34,632 nucleotides of DNA from Deltaproteobacteria bacterium. Lineage in GTDB: Bacteria > Desulfobacterota > Deferrimicrobia > Deferrimicrobiales > Deferrimicrobiaceae. The stretch lies in NCBI GenBank assembly GCA_017889845.1, contig JAGGAJ010000002.1:1-34632 (forward strand), in the 5' to 3' direction. Of this stretch, positions 1 to 10,043 are shown one piece after another; the first letter of the stretch is position 1; each line of letters begins with the position of its first letter. Under the pieces are notes generated by a model. It saw only the letters and a program-made list of their open reading frames with translations. It was not told the origin of the DNA and searched no databases. Both the position numbers and the translations under genes were made by a program.

Positions 1-638
1 GTAGTGTTCGCCCCGACTTCCACGTCGTCCTCGATCTCCACGGTCCCCACTTGCGGGATCTTCCGGAACCCCTGTGGCGAGGGGGCGAAGCCGAAACCGT
101 CGCTCCCCACGACGCACCCCGCGTGGAGGATGACCCGCTTCCCGACCCGGACGTCCTCGTATAGGGTCACGTGGGGATACAGGAGGCTGTCTTCGCCGAC
201 CCGGGCGCCTCTCCCCACGTAGACCCCGGCCAGCAACGCGACCCGGTCCCCGAGGACGGCGCCCGCCTCCACGACGGCGAACGGGCCGACCGACACGTCC
301 TTCCCCAGGGAGGCCCGGGAGTGCACGCTCGCCTGCGGCGAGACGCCCGGGCCCGGGCGGACCGCCGGGTGGAACGCTTCCACGGCGCAGGCGAAGGCGA
401 AATACGGGTTCGGCGTCAGCAGGAAGGCGCAGGAGGCCCCCGGGATAGGCTCCTTCGCGATGACGGCGGAAGCTTTCGTCTCCCGTGCGAGATGTGCGTA
501 TTTCGGGTTCGACAGGAACGTGACCTGCCCGGGGCCCGCCTCCTCCACGGGGGCGATCCCCGTAATCCGGGAATCCGGGCCCGACAGGACAGCGCCGATC
601 TTCCCCGCAAGCTCGGAGAGGAGGAGGCTACTTCCCAC
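1..638 (-). CDS. lpxD: UDP-3-O-acylglucosamine N-acyltransferase LpxD, 5' part (3' end lies beyond the window)
   Basis: Absent from the ORF track because it has no stop in the window. My translation of the minus strand from GTG 638 gives MGSSLLLSELAGKIGAVLSGPDSRITGIAPVEEAGPGQVTFLSNPKYAHLARETKASAVIAKEP..., then hexapeptide-repeat beta-helix sequence ...VGKRVILHAGCVVGSDGFGFAPSPQGFRKIPQVGTVEIEDDVEVGANT. Frame is open to position 1. Canonical bamA-skp-lpxD order. Confidence 0.85.
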   Translation of the reverse strand, partial: MGSSLLLSELAGKIGAVLSGPDSRITGIAPVEEAGPGQVTFLSNPKYAHLARETKASAVIAKEPIPGASCAFLLTPNPYFAFACAVEAFHPAVRPGPGVSPQASVHSRASLGKDVSVGPFAVVEAGAVLGDRVALLAGVYVGRGARVGEDSLLYPHVTLYEDVRVGKRVILHAGCVVGSDGFGFAPSPQGFRKIPQVGTVEIEDDVEVGANT

Positions 639-1194
639 CGCCCCCCTCCTTTTTCTCCGCCGCGGGCTTCGGCGCCTTGTTCACGAGGTCCAGGACCCGC
701 CGGGTGATGTCGAGCGAGTCGTTGAAGTGGACGACGCCGGCGGAACGCTCCAGCACCAGGTCGAGCTTCTCGGCCTTCACCACGGCATCCAGGTGCACCT
801 CGACGATCTTGAGGACCTCACGCGTCTGCTCCCCCTGCCGGGCCTGCATCTCCTTCTCCCCGTCCTGGGTCAGCTGCCGCAGTTCGTTCACCTTCGCCTG
901 CAGGGCGTCCTCCTTCTCCTTCAGCTTATCCTTCCCCAGCATCACCTTCTGCTTGTCGATCTCATCCTTGAGCTTTTTCGCCTCCTCCTGCTTCGCGTCG
1001 ATCGCTTTCTTGATCTCCTCGTAGCGGGCCTCCATCTTCTTCTTCGCCGCCTGCCCCGCCTCGGACTCGTTCAGGATCTTGTTGACGTCGATGACCGCCA
1101 CGCGGATCCCCTCCGCGCGGGAGGTCCCGGCGGCGAAAATCCCCGCCAGGATGACCGCCAGCACCGCAACCCGGATTCCCCTGCTCTTCCCCAT
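628..1194 (-). CDS. skp: OmpH/Skp family periplasmic chaperone
   Basis: ORF 628..1659 trimmed to ATG 1194 (MGKSRGIRVAVLAVILAGIFAAGTSRAEG, a signal peptide) with AAGGAG 6 nt upstream. Lys/Glu-rich coiled-coil body. Located between bamA and lpxD. Confidence 0.85.
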   Translation of the reverse strand: MGKSRGIRVAVLAVILAGIFAAGTSRAEGIRVAVIDVNKILNESEAGQAAKKKMEARYEEIKKAIDAKQEEAKKLKDEIDKQKVMLGKDKLKEKEDALQAKVNELRQLTQDGEKEMQARQGEQTREVLKIVEVHLDAVVKAEKLDLVLERSAGVVHFNDSLDITRRVLDLVNKAPKPAAEKKEGGGGK

Positions 1195-1220
1195 CGGTTC
1201 GCTCCTTGTCTCCTGTAATG

Positions 1221-3521
1221 TCAGAACGGCGTTCCGACCGTGAACTCCATCACCCGTTTCGGCGCTCCGGGGGGGGCGTCGTAGTTCCACCCCACCTCGA
1301 ACCGCAACGGCCCCATGGGGGAGTACCACCGGACACCCACCCCGTACCCGATCCAGACCCCTTGTCCGCCGACCCAGTCCCCGTCCTGGAACGGCCAGAC
1401 CCCTTGCGCCCATGCGTTCCCCAAGTCGGTGAACAGGACGCCCTTGAACCCGATCTCGCTGACCAGAGGGAACGTGTACTCCAGGTTGATGATCAGTTCC
1501 TTGTTTCCCCCGACCTGCTCCCCCGTTACGGGGTCGACCGGGGAAAGCGACCGGGATTTGAATCCGCGGACGCTGTATGGGCCCCCGAGGAAGAACCGCT
1601 CGTAGAGGGGCACCTCCCCGTCGCCCAGCCCCCCGTAGTTGGGTATCACGTGCCCCCAAAGTGCGTTCCAGGAGAACGTCGTGGTGGCCGTGACCGGGTA
1701 GAACGCCCTGGCGTTCAGGAAATATTTGACGACCTGGGTGTTCCCGCCCAGGAATCCTCCGGCGTACTCCAGACTACCCGATTGCACGCCCCCGCGCGAG
1801 GGGTCTATGTTCCGGTCCGTGGTGTTCCGGATCGCGTTGAGGCCGATGCTGCGGGTCTTCTGTACCCCCAGGTCGATCGCCTGCTGCACCGTCTGGGTGG
1901 TGGGGACTCCGGAGATCGCGAAGATCTGCGAGTCGTCCACCCGGTAAGCGACCGATGCGCTCAGGAACCGGGTGAGGTTGTACCCCAGCCCCGCCCTCCC
2001 CCCCGTGGACTTCTTCTCGAAGTCGGTGTACTTGATGTCCGTCTTGTAGCCGGTCAGGAGGAGGTTGTAATCGGTGTCGAGGAAGTACGGGTCCCGGAAG
2101 TCGAGCGCGAACGTCGTACGGTTCGCGCCGAACTGGGTGTTCAGCGACACCTTCCAGGCCCGCCCGAACAGGTTGTTCTCGCTCAGGTTAACGACGCCGA
2201 AGATCTTGTCCACGGAGCTGTACCCCGCCCCGCCGGACAGGGTCCCGGTCGGCCCTTCCTGCACGTCCACCTTGACGTCCATTTCCCCCGGCGTCTTGGA
2301 CGGCGCGGTGGCGATCTTGACGTCCTTGAAGTAGCCGATCCGCGTGAGGTTTTCCTTGGTGGTCTTCAGGCCGGTTGCGGTGTAGGTCGCCCCGTCGGCG
2401 ACGTCGATGTTCCGCCGGACGATCCGGTCCAGCGTCTTCGTGTTCCCGGAAACCTCCACCTTGCCGAACCGGAACTTCGTTCCCCGTTCGAATCGGTACG
2501 TCACGTCCGCGAGGGGATACTCCTTCCGCTTCTCCACCCCCGGGGAGACGATCGCCTGCGCGTATCCCTGGTCGTTCACCATGCCGGTGAGGGCGAGCAG
2601 GTCCGCCAGGAGGATCTCCCGGTTGAACACCTCCCCCGGCGCCAGCTTCACGGTTTGCCGGAGCCTCGCCTCGGGAACCCCCGCCTCCCCGGCGAACCGG
2701 ATCGCGCCGACGCGATACTGCCTCCCCTCGAATACGCGGATCGTGACGACCAGGCCGTCCTTCCCCCGGGAGATCGTGGGGTCGAAGACCTTTGAGTCGA
2801 GGAACCCGCTGTTCTGGTACAGCGCCTCGACCCTCCGGACGTCGTTCTCGAGAACGTCCTTCTTGAAGACGCCCGAATCCGTGATGAAGGAGAAGAATCC
2901 CTTCGCCGAGGTCTCCATCACCTTGAGGATCGCCTTCTCCGGGAAGTAGACGTTTCCCGCCACGCCGATCCGCTCAATCTTGAGCTTCACCCCTTCCGTC
3001 ACGCGGAAGGTCACGCGGATCGCCCCCTCGGCGTCCTCCGACACGGCCGCCTCCACCGCGGCGTCGATGAATCCCTTGTTCTGGCACACCTCCTGCATTT
3101 TGAGGACGGACTCCTTCACCTTCTCTTCCTGGAACAGCGTCCGCTCCTTCAGGGTGACGGCGGCCCTCAGGTCGGCGGTGTCCACGTCCTTGTTTCCCTC
3201 GATCTGCACCGAGCCTACGATCGGTTTCTCGGCGACGATGACAGTGAGGCGGTATCCCCCTGCGACCTCCTCCACGTCGAACGTCACATCGCGGAAATAC
3301 CCCAGGCGGTAGATCGACTTGACGTCCTCCCTCACTTTCGCGAGATCGAGCTCCTCCCCCGTCCGCGTCCCCATCGCCTGGCGGATGATATCCGGCGACA
3401 CGCGCCGGGCGCCCTGCACCACGATGTCGATCACTCGGAATCCCTGCGCCGCACTGGAGGCGAGGGAGCCCGCCCAGAGAAGGCAGGCCAGCAGGGCGGA
3501 ATAGGACCGGCGGCGGATCAC
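1221..3521 (-). CDS. bamA: Outer membrane protein assembly factor BamA (Omp85)
   Basis: ORF 1221..3863 trimmed to GTG 3521 ([27 protein letters not shown] signal peptide). POTRA-type repeats followed by an Omp85 barrel ending ...EFTVGTPF with C-terminal Phe. The longer ORF overlaps lolD in another frame. The GTG overlaps the lolD stop (GTGA). Confidence 0.9.
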   Translation of the reverse strand: MIRRRSYSALLACLLWAGSLASSAAQGFRVIDIVVQGARRVSPDIIRQAMGTRTGEELDLAKVREDVKSIYRLGYFRDVTFDVEEVAGGYRLTVIVAEKPIVGSVQIEGNKDVDTADLRAAVTLKERTLFQEEKVKESVLKMQEVCQNKGFIDAAVEAAVSEDAEGAIRVTFRVTEGVKLKIERIGVAGNVYFPEKAILKVMETSAKGFFSFITDSGVFKKDVLENDVRRVEALYQNSGFLDSKVFDPTISRGKDGLVVTIRVFEGRQYRVGAIRFAGEAGVPEARLRQTVKLAPGEVFNREILLADLLALTGMVNDQGYAQAIVSPGVEKRKEYPLADVTYRFERGTKFRFGKVEVSGNTKTLDRIVRRNIDVADGATYTATGLKTTKENLTRIGYFKDVKIATAPSKTPGEMDVKVDVQEGPTGTLSGGAGYSSVDKIFGVVNLSENNLFGRAWKVSLNTQFGANRTTFALDFRDPYFLDTDYNLLLTGYKTDIKYTDFEKKSTGGRAGLGYNLTRFLSASVAYRVDDSQIFAISGVPTTQTVQQAIDLGVQKTRSIGLNAIRNTTDRNIDPSRGGVQSGSLEYAGGFLGGNTQVVKYFLNARAFYPVTATTTFSWNALWGHVIPNYGGLGDGEVPLYERFFLGGPYSVRGFKSRSLSPVDPVTGEQVGGNKELIINLEYTFPLVSEIGFKGVLFTDLGNAWAQGVWPFQDGDWVGGQGVWIGYGVGVRWYSPMGPLRFEVGWNYDAPPGAPKRVMEFTVGTPF

Positions 3522-4198
3522 GGGACGATGCGCCCGTCGTCGATCCGGATCACCCGGTGGAGGCGCTCGGCGATCCGCTCGTTGTGGGTCACCATCAGCA
3601 GCGAAAGCCCCTGCGTGCGGTTCAGTTCCACCAGGAGGTCGACCACCCCCGCCGCTGTCTTCCGGTCCAGGTTCCCGGTGGGTTCGTCGGCCAGAAGGAC
3701 CGAAGGCTCCATCACGAGCGCGCGGCAGATCGCCGCCCGTTGCTGCTCCCCCCCCGAGATCTCCCCCGTGCGGTGGGCGATGCGGCCGGAGAGTCCCACG
3801 TCGGAGAGCAGCCTCGAAGCCCGCCCCCTCGCCACCTCGGGATCGATGCGGGCGATCAGGCACGGCAGCATCACGTTTTCGAGGACGGTGAATTCCGGCA
3901 GGAGATTGTGGAACTGGAAGACGAACCCCACGGAGCGGTTCCGGAACGCCGCCATCTCCTCCTCGGGGAGTGCCGACACGTCGCGGCCGCCGTAGAGCAC
4001 CCGGCCGGAAGTGGCCCGGTCGAGGGTTCCCAGGATCTGGAGAAGGGTGGTCTTCCCGGCGCCGGAGACGCCGACCACGCCCGCCATCTCCCCCCTTGCG
4101 ATGGAGAGGGAAACCCCCTTGAGGACCTCCAGGTCGTACCCGTCGCGGCGGAAGACCTTCCGGACGTCCTCGGCGCGGAGAGCCGGGGCGTCACTCAT
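3518..4198 (-). CDS. lolD: Lipoprotein-releasing ABC transporter ATP-binding protein LolD
   Basis: Walker [13 protein letters not shown] signature ISGGEQQR, Walker B VLLADEPT. 226 aa. Directly downstream of the LolC/E permease. Confidence 0.9.
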   Translation of the reverse strand: MSDAPALRAEDVRKVFRRDGYDLEVLKGVSLSIARGEMAGVVGVSGAGKTTLLQILGTLDRATSGRVLYGGRDVSALPEEEMAAFRNRSVGFVFQFHNLLPEFTVLENVMLPCLIARIDPEVARGRASRLLSDVGLSGRIAHRTGEISGGEQQRAAICRALVMEPSVLLADEPTGNLDRKTAAGVVDLLVELNRTQGLSLLMVTHNERIAERLHRVIRIDDGRIVP

Positions 4199-5426
4199 AC
4201 CGGATCGCCTCCGCCGGGTCGACGCGCGATGCCTGGCGCGCGGGGTACACGGTGGCGAGGAAGCAGATCAGTATGGAACTGGCCATCACGAGGAGGACCG
4301 TCCCGGTCTCGAGGGAAACCGGGAGCGTGGAGATGTAGTACACATCGCTGGGGAGGCGGATGAACTCGTACCGCCGCAGGAGGTGGCACAACAGGCCCCC
4401 CAGCGCGGTGCCGGCGGTGGTGCCCGCCACGCCGATGATCAGCCCCTCGAGGGCGAAGATCCGGCGGATGGTGCGGCGCGTCGCCCCGAGAGTCATCAGG
4501 ATCGCGATGTCCTTGGTCTTCTCCATCACGACCATGATCAGGGTGCTGATGATGTTGAACGCCGCCACCATCACGATGAGGACGAGGATGATGAACATCA
4601 CCACCTTCTCCAGCTTCAGGGCCGAGAAGAGGTTCCGGTTGCTCTGCATCCAGTCCTTTGCCCAGTAAGGGTACCCCAGCTCCGACCGCAGGGCCTTTGC
4701 CACGTCCGCGGCGGCGTAGACGTCGTGCACCTTCACCTCCACGCCCGTCGCGCGCCCCTCCATCCCGAGGAGACGCGCCGCCTCCTCGAGGGCGATGTAG
4801 GCGAAGGTGGCATCGTACTCGTACATCCCCGCCTGGGAGATGCCCACCACCCGGAAGCGGGCGGTGCGAGGGAATGCGCCCAGCGGCGTCACGGAGCCTC
4901 CCGGCACGAGGACCTCCACCACGTCCTTCGGTCCGACGCCGAGATTGCCGGCGAGCTCCCGCCCCAGGATCACTCCCGGGAGGCCGTCGGCCGTCTTCCG
5001 GGGCAGGTCGGACAGTTTCCCGACGCGCAGGTCCTTCGTGAGGCGGGTGACCTCCCCGATCGTGGCGATGTCCACCCCGCGGAGCACTCCGCCGAGGGCG
5101 CCGCTGCCCGAGGTGATCATCATCTGCGTGAAGATGTAGGGGCTCGCGGCGGCCACCCCCTTCACCCCCCGGATCTTTTCGGCCAGTTCGAAGGGTTTCG
5201 CGATGCTGCCGTCCGCGCTGGTGACGTGGGCGTGCGCCGTCGCGCCCAGGATCCGGTCCTTGAGCTCCCGCTCGAATCCGCTCATCACGGCGAGCACGAT
5301 GATGAGGGCCATCGTGCCGACGGCGACCCCGGCGACGGAGATGAAGCTGATGATCGAGATGAAGGTCTGCTTCCGCTTCGCCAGGAGGTACTTCTTGGCG
5401 ATGTAGAACTCGACGGGGAGGCGCAA
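4191..5426 (-). CDS. lolC: Lipoprotein-releasing system permease, LolC/LolE family
   Basis: 411 aa. N-terminus [37 protein letters not shown], a large periplasmic loop, and a C-terminal FtsX-like 3-TM bundle. TTG start at 5426 with GAGGGG upstream. 8-nt overlap with lolD. Confidence 0.85.
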   Translation of the reverse strand: MRLPVEFYIAKKYLLAKRKQTFISIISFISVAGVAVGTMALIIVLAVMSGFERELKDRILGATAHAHVTSADGSIAKPFELAEKIRGVKGVAAASPYIFTQMMITSGSGALGGVLRGVDIATIGEVTRLTKDLRVGKLSDLPRKTADGLPGVILGRELAGNLGVGPKDVVEVLVPGGSVTPLGAFPRTARFRVVGISQAGMYEYDATFAYIALEEAARLLGMEGRATGVEVKVHDVYAAADVAKALRSELGYPYWAKDWMQSNRNLFSALKLEKVVMFIILVLIVMVAAFNIISTLIMVVMEKTKDIAILMTLGATRRTIRRIFALEGLIIGVAGTTAGTALGGLLCHLLRRYEFIRLPSDVYYISTLPVSLETGTVLLVMASSILICFLATVYPARQASRVDPAEAIRYE

Positions 5427-5432
5427 CCGCCC

Positions 5433-6920
5433 CTACCCCTCTTTCCGCAGCTGCGGGAACAGGATCACCTCCCGGATCGAAGGGGAATCGGTGAGGAGCA
5501 TCACGAGGCGGTCGATGCCGATCCCCTCCCCCGCGGCGGGCGGCATGCCGTACTCGAGCGCCCGGAGGAAATCCTCGTCCATGAAGTGCGCCTCCTCGTC
5601 GCCCCGCTCGCGCCGGAGGAGCTGCTCCTCGAACCGGCCCCGCTGGTCCACCGGGTCGTTGAGCTCGGAAAAAGCGTTGGCGATCTCGCGCCCGCGGACG
5701 ATCAGCTCGAACCGGTCGACGAGATGGGGCCGGCCGTCGGTGCGGCGGGAGAGGGGTGAGACCTCGATCGGATACCCGGTGACGAACGTCGGGCCTGCGA
5801 CCTTGCGCTCCGCCACCTCCTCGAAGACCGCCACCAGGAGGTTCCCCGGCGGCGACGTCGCCGCGTCCGGGATCCCGAGCCGCCCGGCCATCTCCCGGAG
5901 GAATCCCTCCTCCGCGAGCCGCTCCTCGGGCACCCCCCCGTACCGCGCCACCGCCCCGGCCACCGTGAGCCGCTCCCACGGCGGAGTGAAATCCACGGTG
6001 CCGCCCTGGTACGGGAACTTCGTGTCGCCGAAGATCCCGACGGCGAGCGAGGAGAGCATGTCTTCCGTCAGCGCCATGAGGTCCCCGAAGGTGGCGTACG
6101 CCTGGTAGAACTCGAGCATGGTGAACTCGGGATTGTGCTGCGTGGAGATCCCCTCGTTGCGGAAGTTCCGGTTGATCTCGAAGACCCGCTCGAAGCCGCC
6201 CACGAGGAGGCGCTTGAGGTACAGCTCCGGCGCGATCCGCAGGTAGAGGTCCATGTCGAGGGCGTTGTGGTGCGTGACGAAGGGCCTCGCCGTGGCCCCG
6301 CCCGCCACCGGCTGCATCATCGGCGTCTCGACCTCGAGGAAATCCCTCCGGACGAGGTACTCGCGGAGGAACGAGACGATCCGGGCCCGGCGCCGGAAGA
6401 TCTCCCGCACCTCCTCGTTGACGATCAGGTCCACGTACCGCTGGCGATACCGCGTCTCCACGTCCGAGAGCCCGTGCCACTTTTCCGGGAGCGGCCGGAT
6501 CCCCTTGGTCAGCATCCGGTACCGCGCGGCCTCGACGGTCAGTTCGCCCGTGCGGGTCACGAAGAGGGTCCCTTCCACCCAGAGGATGTCGCCCGCGTCC
6601 ACGGTCGAAAGGAACAGGTCGTACGCCGCCTCCCCCACCGCGTCGCGCTTCAGGTACGCCTGCAGCCTCCCCGCCCGGTCGGACAGGACGAGGAAGGTGG
6701 CCTTCCCGAACCGGCGCAACGCGACGATCCGGCCGGCGATGTCCACCCGGATCGACTTCCCGGGCAGATCCTCCGGCGGTATGCCGGCGGCGGCGGCGCG
6801 CGCCGCCGCCGTGGTCCACCCAACCTTCTGGTCGTTCGGGTACGCTGCCGTCCCGGAGGCCGCAAGCGTATCGACCTTCCGGAACCGGTCGCGCATCAGG
6901 TCGTTCCACTCCCCCGTCAC
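5433..6920 (-). CDS. lysS: Lysine--tRNA ligase (class II)
   Basis: ORF 5433..7838 trimmed to GTG 6920 ([29 protein letters not shown], which aligns with the usual LysS N-terminus). OB-fold followed by a class II core ([22 protein letters not shown]). 495 aa. The GTG overlaps the prfB stop (GTGA). ATG 6896 is an alternative start. Confidence 0.9.
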   Translation of the reverse strand: MTGEWNDLMRDRFRKVDTLAASGTAAYPNDQKVGWTTAAARAAAAGIPPEDLPGKSIRVDIAGRIVALRRFGKATFLVLSDRAGRLQAYLKRDAVGEAAYDLFLSTVDAGDILWVEGTLFVTRTGELTVEAARYRMLTKGIRPLPEKWHGLSDVETRYRQRYVDLIVNEEVREIFRRRARIVSFLREYLVRRDFLEVETPMMQPVAGGATARPFVTHHNALDMDLYLRIAPELYLKRLLVGGFERVFEINRNFRNEGISTQHNPEFTMLEFYQAYATFGDLMALTEDMLSSLAVGIFGDTKFPYQGGTVDFTPPWERLTVAGAVARYGGVPEERLAEEGFLREMAGRLGIPDAATSPPGNLLVAVFEEVAERKVAGPTFVTGYPIEVSPLSRRTDGRPHLVDRFELIVRGREIANAFSELNDPVDQRGRFEEQLLRRERGDEEAHFMDEDFLRALEYGMPPAAGEGIGIDRLVMLLTDSPSIREVILFPQLRKEG

Positions 6921-8042
6921 GCCGCGCCCCCCATCTCCCCCTCCGCCCCTCCGGAGAGCAGGTACTTCCGGATGAATCCGAGGATGTCCCCGTCCAGCAC
7001 GGCGTCCACGTTCCCGGTCTCGTGCCCGGTGCGGTGGTCCTTCACCAGGCGGTACGGGGCGAGCACGTACGACCGGATCTGGGAACCCCAGGCGATGTCC
7101 TTCTTCGTCTTGTGGGCCTCCATCGCCTTCTCCGCCCGCTGGCGCATCTCCAGCTCGTACAGCTTCGACCGCAGGATCTTCATCGCCAGCGCCCGATTTT
7201 TTCCCTGGGACCGCTCCTGCTGGCAGAGCACGACGATCCCGGTGGGAATGTGGGTGAACCGGACCGCGGACTCGACCTTGTTCACGTGCTGCCCCCCGGC
7301 GCCGCCCGATCGGAGAGTATCGACCTTCAGGTCCGACTCGTTGATCTGGATCTGCACGTCGTCGTCGATCTCCGGCGAGACGAATACCGAGGCGAACGAG
7401 GTGTGCCGCCGCTTGTTCGCGTCGAATGGGGAGATCCGGACCAGGCGGTGGACGCCGCTCTCCGCCTTGACGTACCCGTACGGGTGATCCCCCGAAAGGA
7501 CGAAGGTCGCGCTCTTGATCCCCGCCTCCTCCCCCTCCTGCCGCTCGACCAGCTCCATCTCGAACCCGTGCCGGTCGGCGAAGCGGGAGTACATCCGCAG
7601 GAGCATCTCGGCCCAGTCCTGCGACTCCGTCCCGCCGGCGCCGGCGTGGATGGTCACGATGGCCTTGCGCACGTCGTTCTCGCCGGAGAGCATCCGGTCC
7701 AACTCGAGGGCGTCCAGGGTGCCCGACACGGCGGACAGGTGCTGCTCGATCTCCGCGTTCAGCGCCTCGTCCCCGGCCTCGTCCGCCAGGTCGAGGTAGG
7801 CCCGCAGGTCGGCCAGGGAGGAGGACAACTCCGCCCATCGGCCAAGGAGGGTTTCGATTCCCTTCCGCTCGCGCAGCGCGCGCTCGGCTCCTTCCGGGTC
7901 GTCCCAGAACCCCTCGCGGGACACCTCGGCCTCCAGCTCCTTCTGACGGGAAACCTTTGCGTCTACTTCAAAGGTAGCCCCGGAGCGCCTGGAACCGTGC
8001 TTCAAGCGCCGCGGTCTTTTCTTCCAGCCATCCGGATGCCAT
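6917..8042 (-). CDS. prfB: Peptide chain release factor 2, expressed via programmed +1 frameshift
   Basis: Frame 0: ATG 8042, [24 protein letters not shown], then TGA at 7970..7968. The +1 frame continues [24 protein letters not shown]..., with the SPF tripeptide (RISPFD) and GGQ ([11 protein letters not shown]). The ORF-track entry 6917..8005 contains only the +1 frame body. Confidence 0.9.
7968..7982 (-). other. RF2 programmed +1 frameshift site (SD-like GGGG, slippery CTT, in-frame TGA)
   Basis: Minus strand reads CGG GGC TAC CTT TGA A. This is the same architecture as the E. coli prfB site AGG GGG TAT CTT TGA C, and the RGYL peptide before the stop is conserved. Confidence 0.85.
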
Positions 8043-9558
8043 GGGTTCCTCGCAAGGGGAAAACAAGAGTTAAAGCAGCAATTATACTACAGGAAATCCC
8101 GAACATTTCCCCGGATTTCTCGCACGGGGTACTGCCCGATCCGGGCCGGACCACCGCCGTCACGATCCCGCGGCGGAACAGGCCGAGGGAGGCGACCACC
8201 TCCCCCCGGGAGTCGATGACCGCGCTGATCCCCGAGTTGGCCGCCCGCACCATGGGCCGGCGGAACTCCACGCAGCGCAGGCGGGCCATCGCCAGGTGCT
8301 GGTGGGGCGCCACGGTGTCGCCGAACCAGGCGTCGTTCGTCACGTTGACCAGGACGCCCGCACCAGCGGCCACCCCGTCCCGGAGGACCGGCGGGAAGAT
8401 CGCCTCGTAGCAGACCGAGGCCGCCACCCGGGTGCCGGCGATCTCGAAGATGACCGGCCCCGCCCCGGCGGAGAAATCGTTCTCCCCGACCGTCAGCTTT
8501 TTCACGAAAAAGAGGATTCTCCGGAGGGGAACGTACTCCCCGAAGGGAACCAGATGCCGCTTGTCGTACCTCCCCCTGACCACGCCCCGGGCGTCCATGT
8601 GGAACACGCTGTTGTAGACCTTCCCGCCCGCCGCCGGGTCGTACCAGGGGGCCCCGAAGAGGAGCGGAACCCCCGCGCGGGCGCCGATCCCGTCGAGTCG
8701 CCGGGTAAGTCCGGGATCCCACCCGTAGAAGAACGGCGCGGCCGTTTCCGGCCACACCACCACCCGTGCGCCGGCATCGCGCGCCCGGTGGGTCAGTTCC
8801 TCGTAGACGTCGAGGGTCTTCCCCTGGTTCCCCGGGTCCCATTTCACCGCCTGGTCGATCCCTCCCTGGGCGATCCCCACCACGAGGGGCGGTTCGGCCG
8901 TGTGCCCGGGTCCCCGCGCGGCGTGGGAGGCCGCTCCGTACGCCCATAGGAACGCGACGGCCGCGACGGCGGGTATCGCGAACAGGAGACCTCTCCCCCA
9001 CGCTCGCCTCGCCGCGGCGGAGGAGGAAAGGCACACCGAAACGCCCGACAAGGCGAGGAGAAACGACAACCCGAGCACGCCGGCAAGGTCCGCGGCTTGC
9101 CGGAGCAACGCGCTCCCGGCCAGGCCGTAGCCGAGCAGCATCCACGGGAAGCCGGAGAACAGGTACGAGCGGACAAGTTCCAGGCCGACCCAGACCAGGG
9201 GGAACGCCCACAGCCCGTTCCCGCCGTATCGCCCTTGCAGCCTTCTGGCGGCCGCCGCCGCGACGGAGAAATACGCTCCGATGTAGGCGGAGACCAGAAA
9301 CACGGCGAGGGCCCCGAGAGGCCATCCCTGCTTTCCCGTCACGGCGACGGTGTGGGCGATCCAGTAATACAGCGGGAGGCTTCCCGCCGTCCCCGCGATC
9401 CACCCGCGCCACGCGGCGCTCCGGGCGGAGGGGGATTCGACGGCCAGGGCGAGGAACGGGGCGAGACAGACGAACGGCAACGCGGGGACGTCGTATCCCG
9501 GGGTCCCGAGGGCGTAGGACAGCACGAACAGGGCGCCGAGGAGGAGCGTTCGTTTCAA
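8002..9558 (-). CDS. lnt: Apolipoprotein N-acyltransferase
   Basis: 518 aa. Multi-TM N-terminal half, then a CN-hydrolase domain ([20 protein letters not shown]). TTG start at 9558 overlaps the ybeY stop (TTGA). The 3' end overlaps the prfB start by 41 nt. Confidence 0.9.
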   Translation of the reverse strand: MKRTLLLGALFVLSYALGTPGYDVPALPFVCLAPFLALAVESPSARSAAWRGWIAGTAGSLPLYYWIAHTVAVTGKQGWPLGALAVFLVSAYIGAYFSVAAAAARRLQGRYGGNGLWAFPLVWVGLELVRSYLFSGFPWMLLGYGLAGSALLRQAADLAGVLGLSFLLALSGVSVCLSSSAAARRAWGRGLLFAIPAVAAVAFLWAYGAASHAARGPGHTAEPPLVVGIAQGGIDQAVKWDPGNQGKTLDVYEELTHRARDAGARVVVWPETAAPFFYGWDPGLTRRLDGIGARAGVPLLFGAPWYDPAAGGKVYNSVFHMDARGVVRGRYDKRHLVPFGEYVPLRRILFFVKKLTVGENDFSAGAGPVIFEIAGTRVAASVCYEAIFPPVLRDGVAAGAGVLVNVTNDAWFGDTVAPHQHLAMARLRCVEFRRPMVRAANSGISAVIDSRGEVVASLGLFRRGIVTAVVRPGSGSTPCEKSGEMFGISCSIIAALTLVFPLRGTHGIRMAGRKDRGA

Positions 9559-10043
9559 GAATGTCCCCCTCTACCCTCTGTTGCCCGTTCTGCGAGGACG
9601 CGGCGGTACAGGTGGAGCTCCTTCCGGCGCATCCGGCGGGCCTGTGCTCCGCCGGCCTCGTGGTCGTACCCGGCGAGGTGCAGCATCCCGTGGAGGACGA
9701 AGAAAAAGACGCGCCCCTCCGCCGTTTCCCTCCACCCCTGCGTCTGGGAGAGGCAGGTGGGCGCGGAGACGACGATGTCGCCGGACACCGACTTCCCGCC
9801 GGGAGACGGTTGGTCGGCGTCGGGAAAGGAGAGCACGTTCGTGGGCCAGGGCCGGCCCAGGAAATCCCGGTTCCAGCGGGCGATCGCCGCGTCCCCGACC
9901 ACCCGCACCCGGACGTCCGCGGATTCCGCGCGCAGGCACCCGAGGGCGGCGAGCACGAACCCTTTCAGCGCCGCTCCGGAAAGAGGGGCGGGGCGAAGGT
10001 CCTGCCGCACGCTGACCCGGTATCCGCCGGGGGAACGGGTCAA
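9555..10043 (-). CDS. ybeY: rRNA maturation endoribonuclease YbeY
   Basis: 162 aa with the zinc motif HGMLHLAGYDH. Sits in a phoH-HD-ybeY context. TTG start at 10043 overlaps the upstream stop (TTGA). Confidence 0.9.
   Translation of the reverse strand: MTRSPGGYRVSVRQDLRPAPLSGAALKGFVLAALGCLRAESADVRVRVVGDAAIARWNRDFLGRPWPTNVLSFPDADQPSPGGKSVSGDIVVSAPTCLSQTQGWRETAEGRVFFFVLHGMLHLAGYDHEAGGAQARRMRRKELHLYRRVLAERATEGRGGHS

Noticed and set aside
4195-6909. 904-aa minus-strand ORF spanning lolC and lysS, and similar long off-frame ORFs (for example 21372..23048, 21416..23269, 8087..9412, 10146..11420, 30207..31634, 30380..32122)
   Set aside because: All overlap well-supported genes in another frame or strand. 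Their products are Arg/Gly/Pro-rich with no motifs. They are GC-content artefacts.
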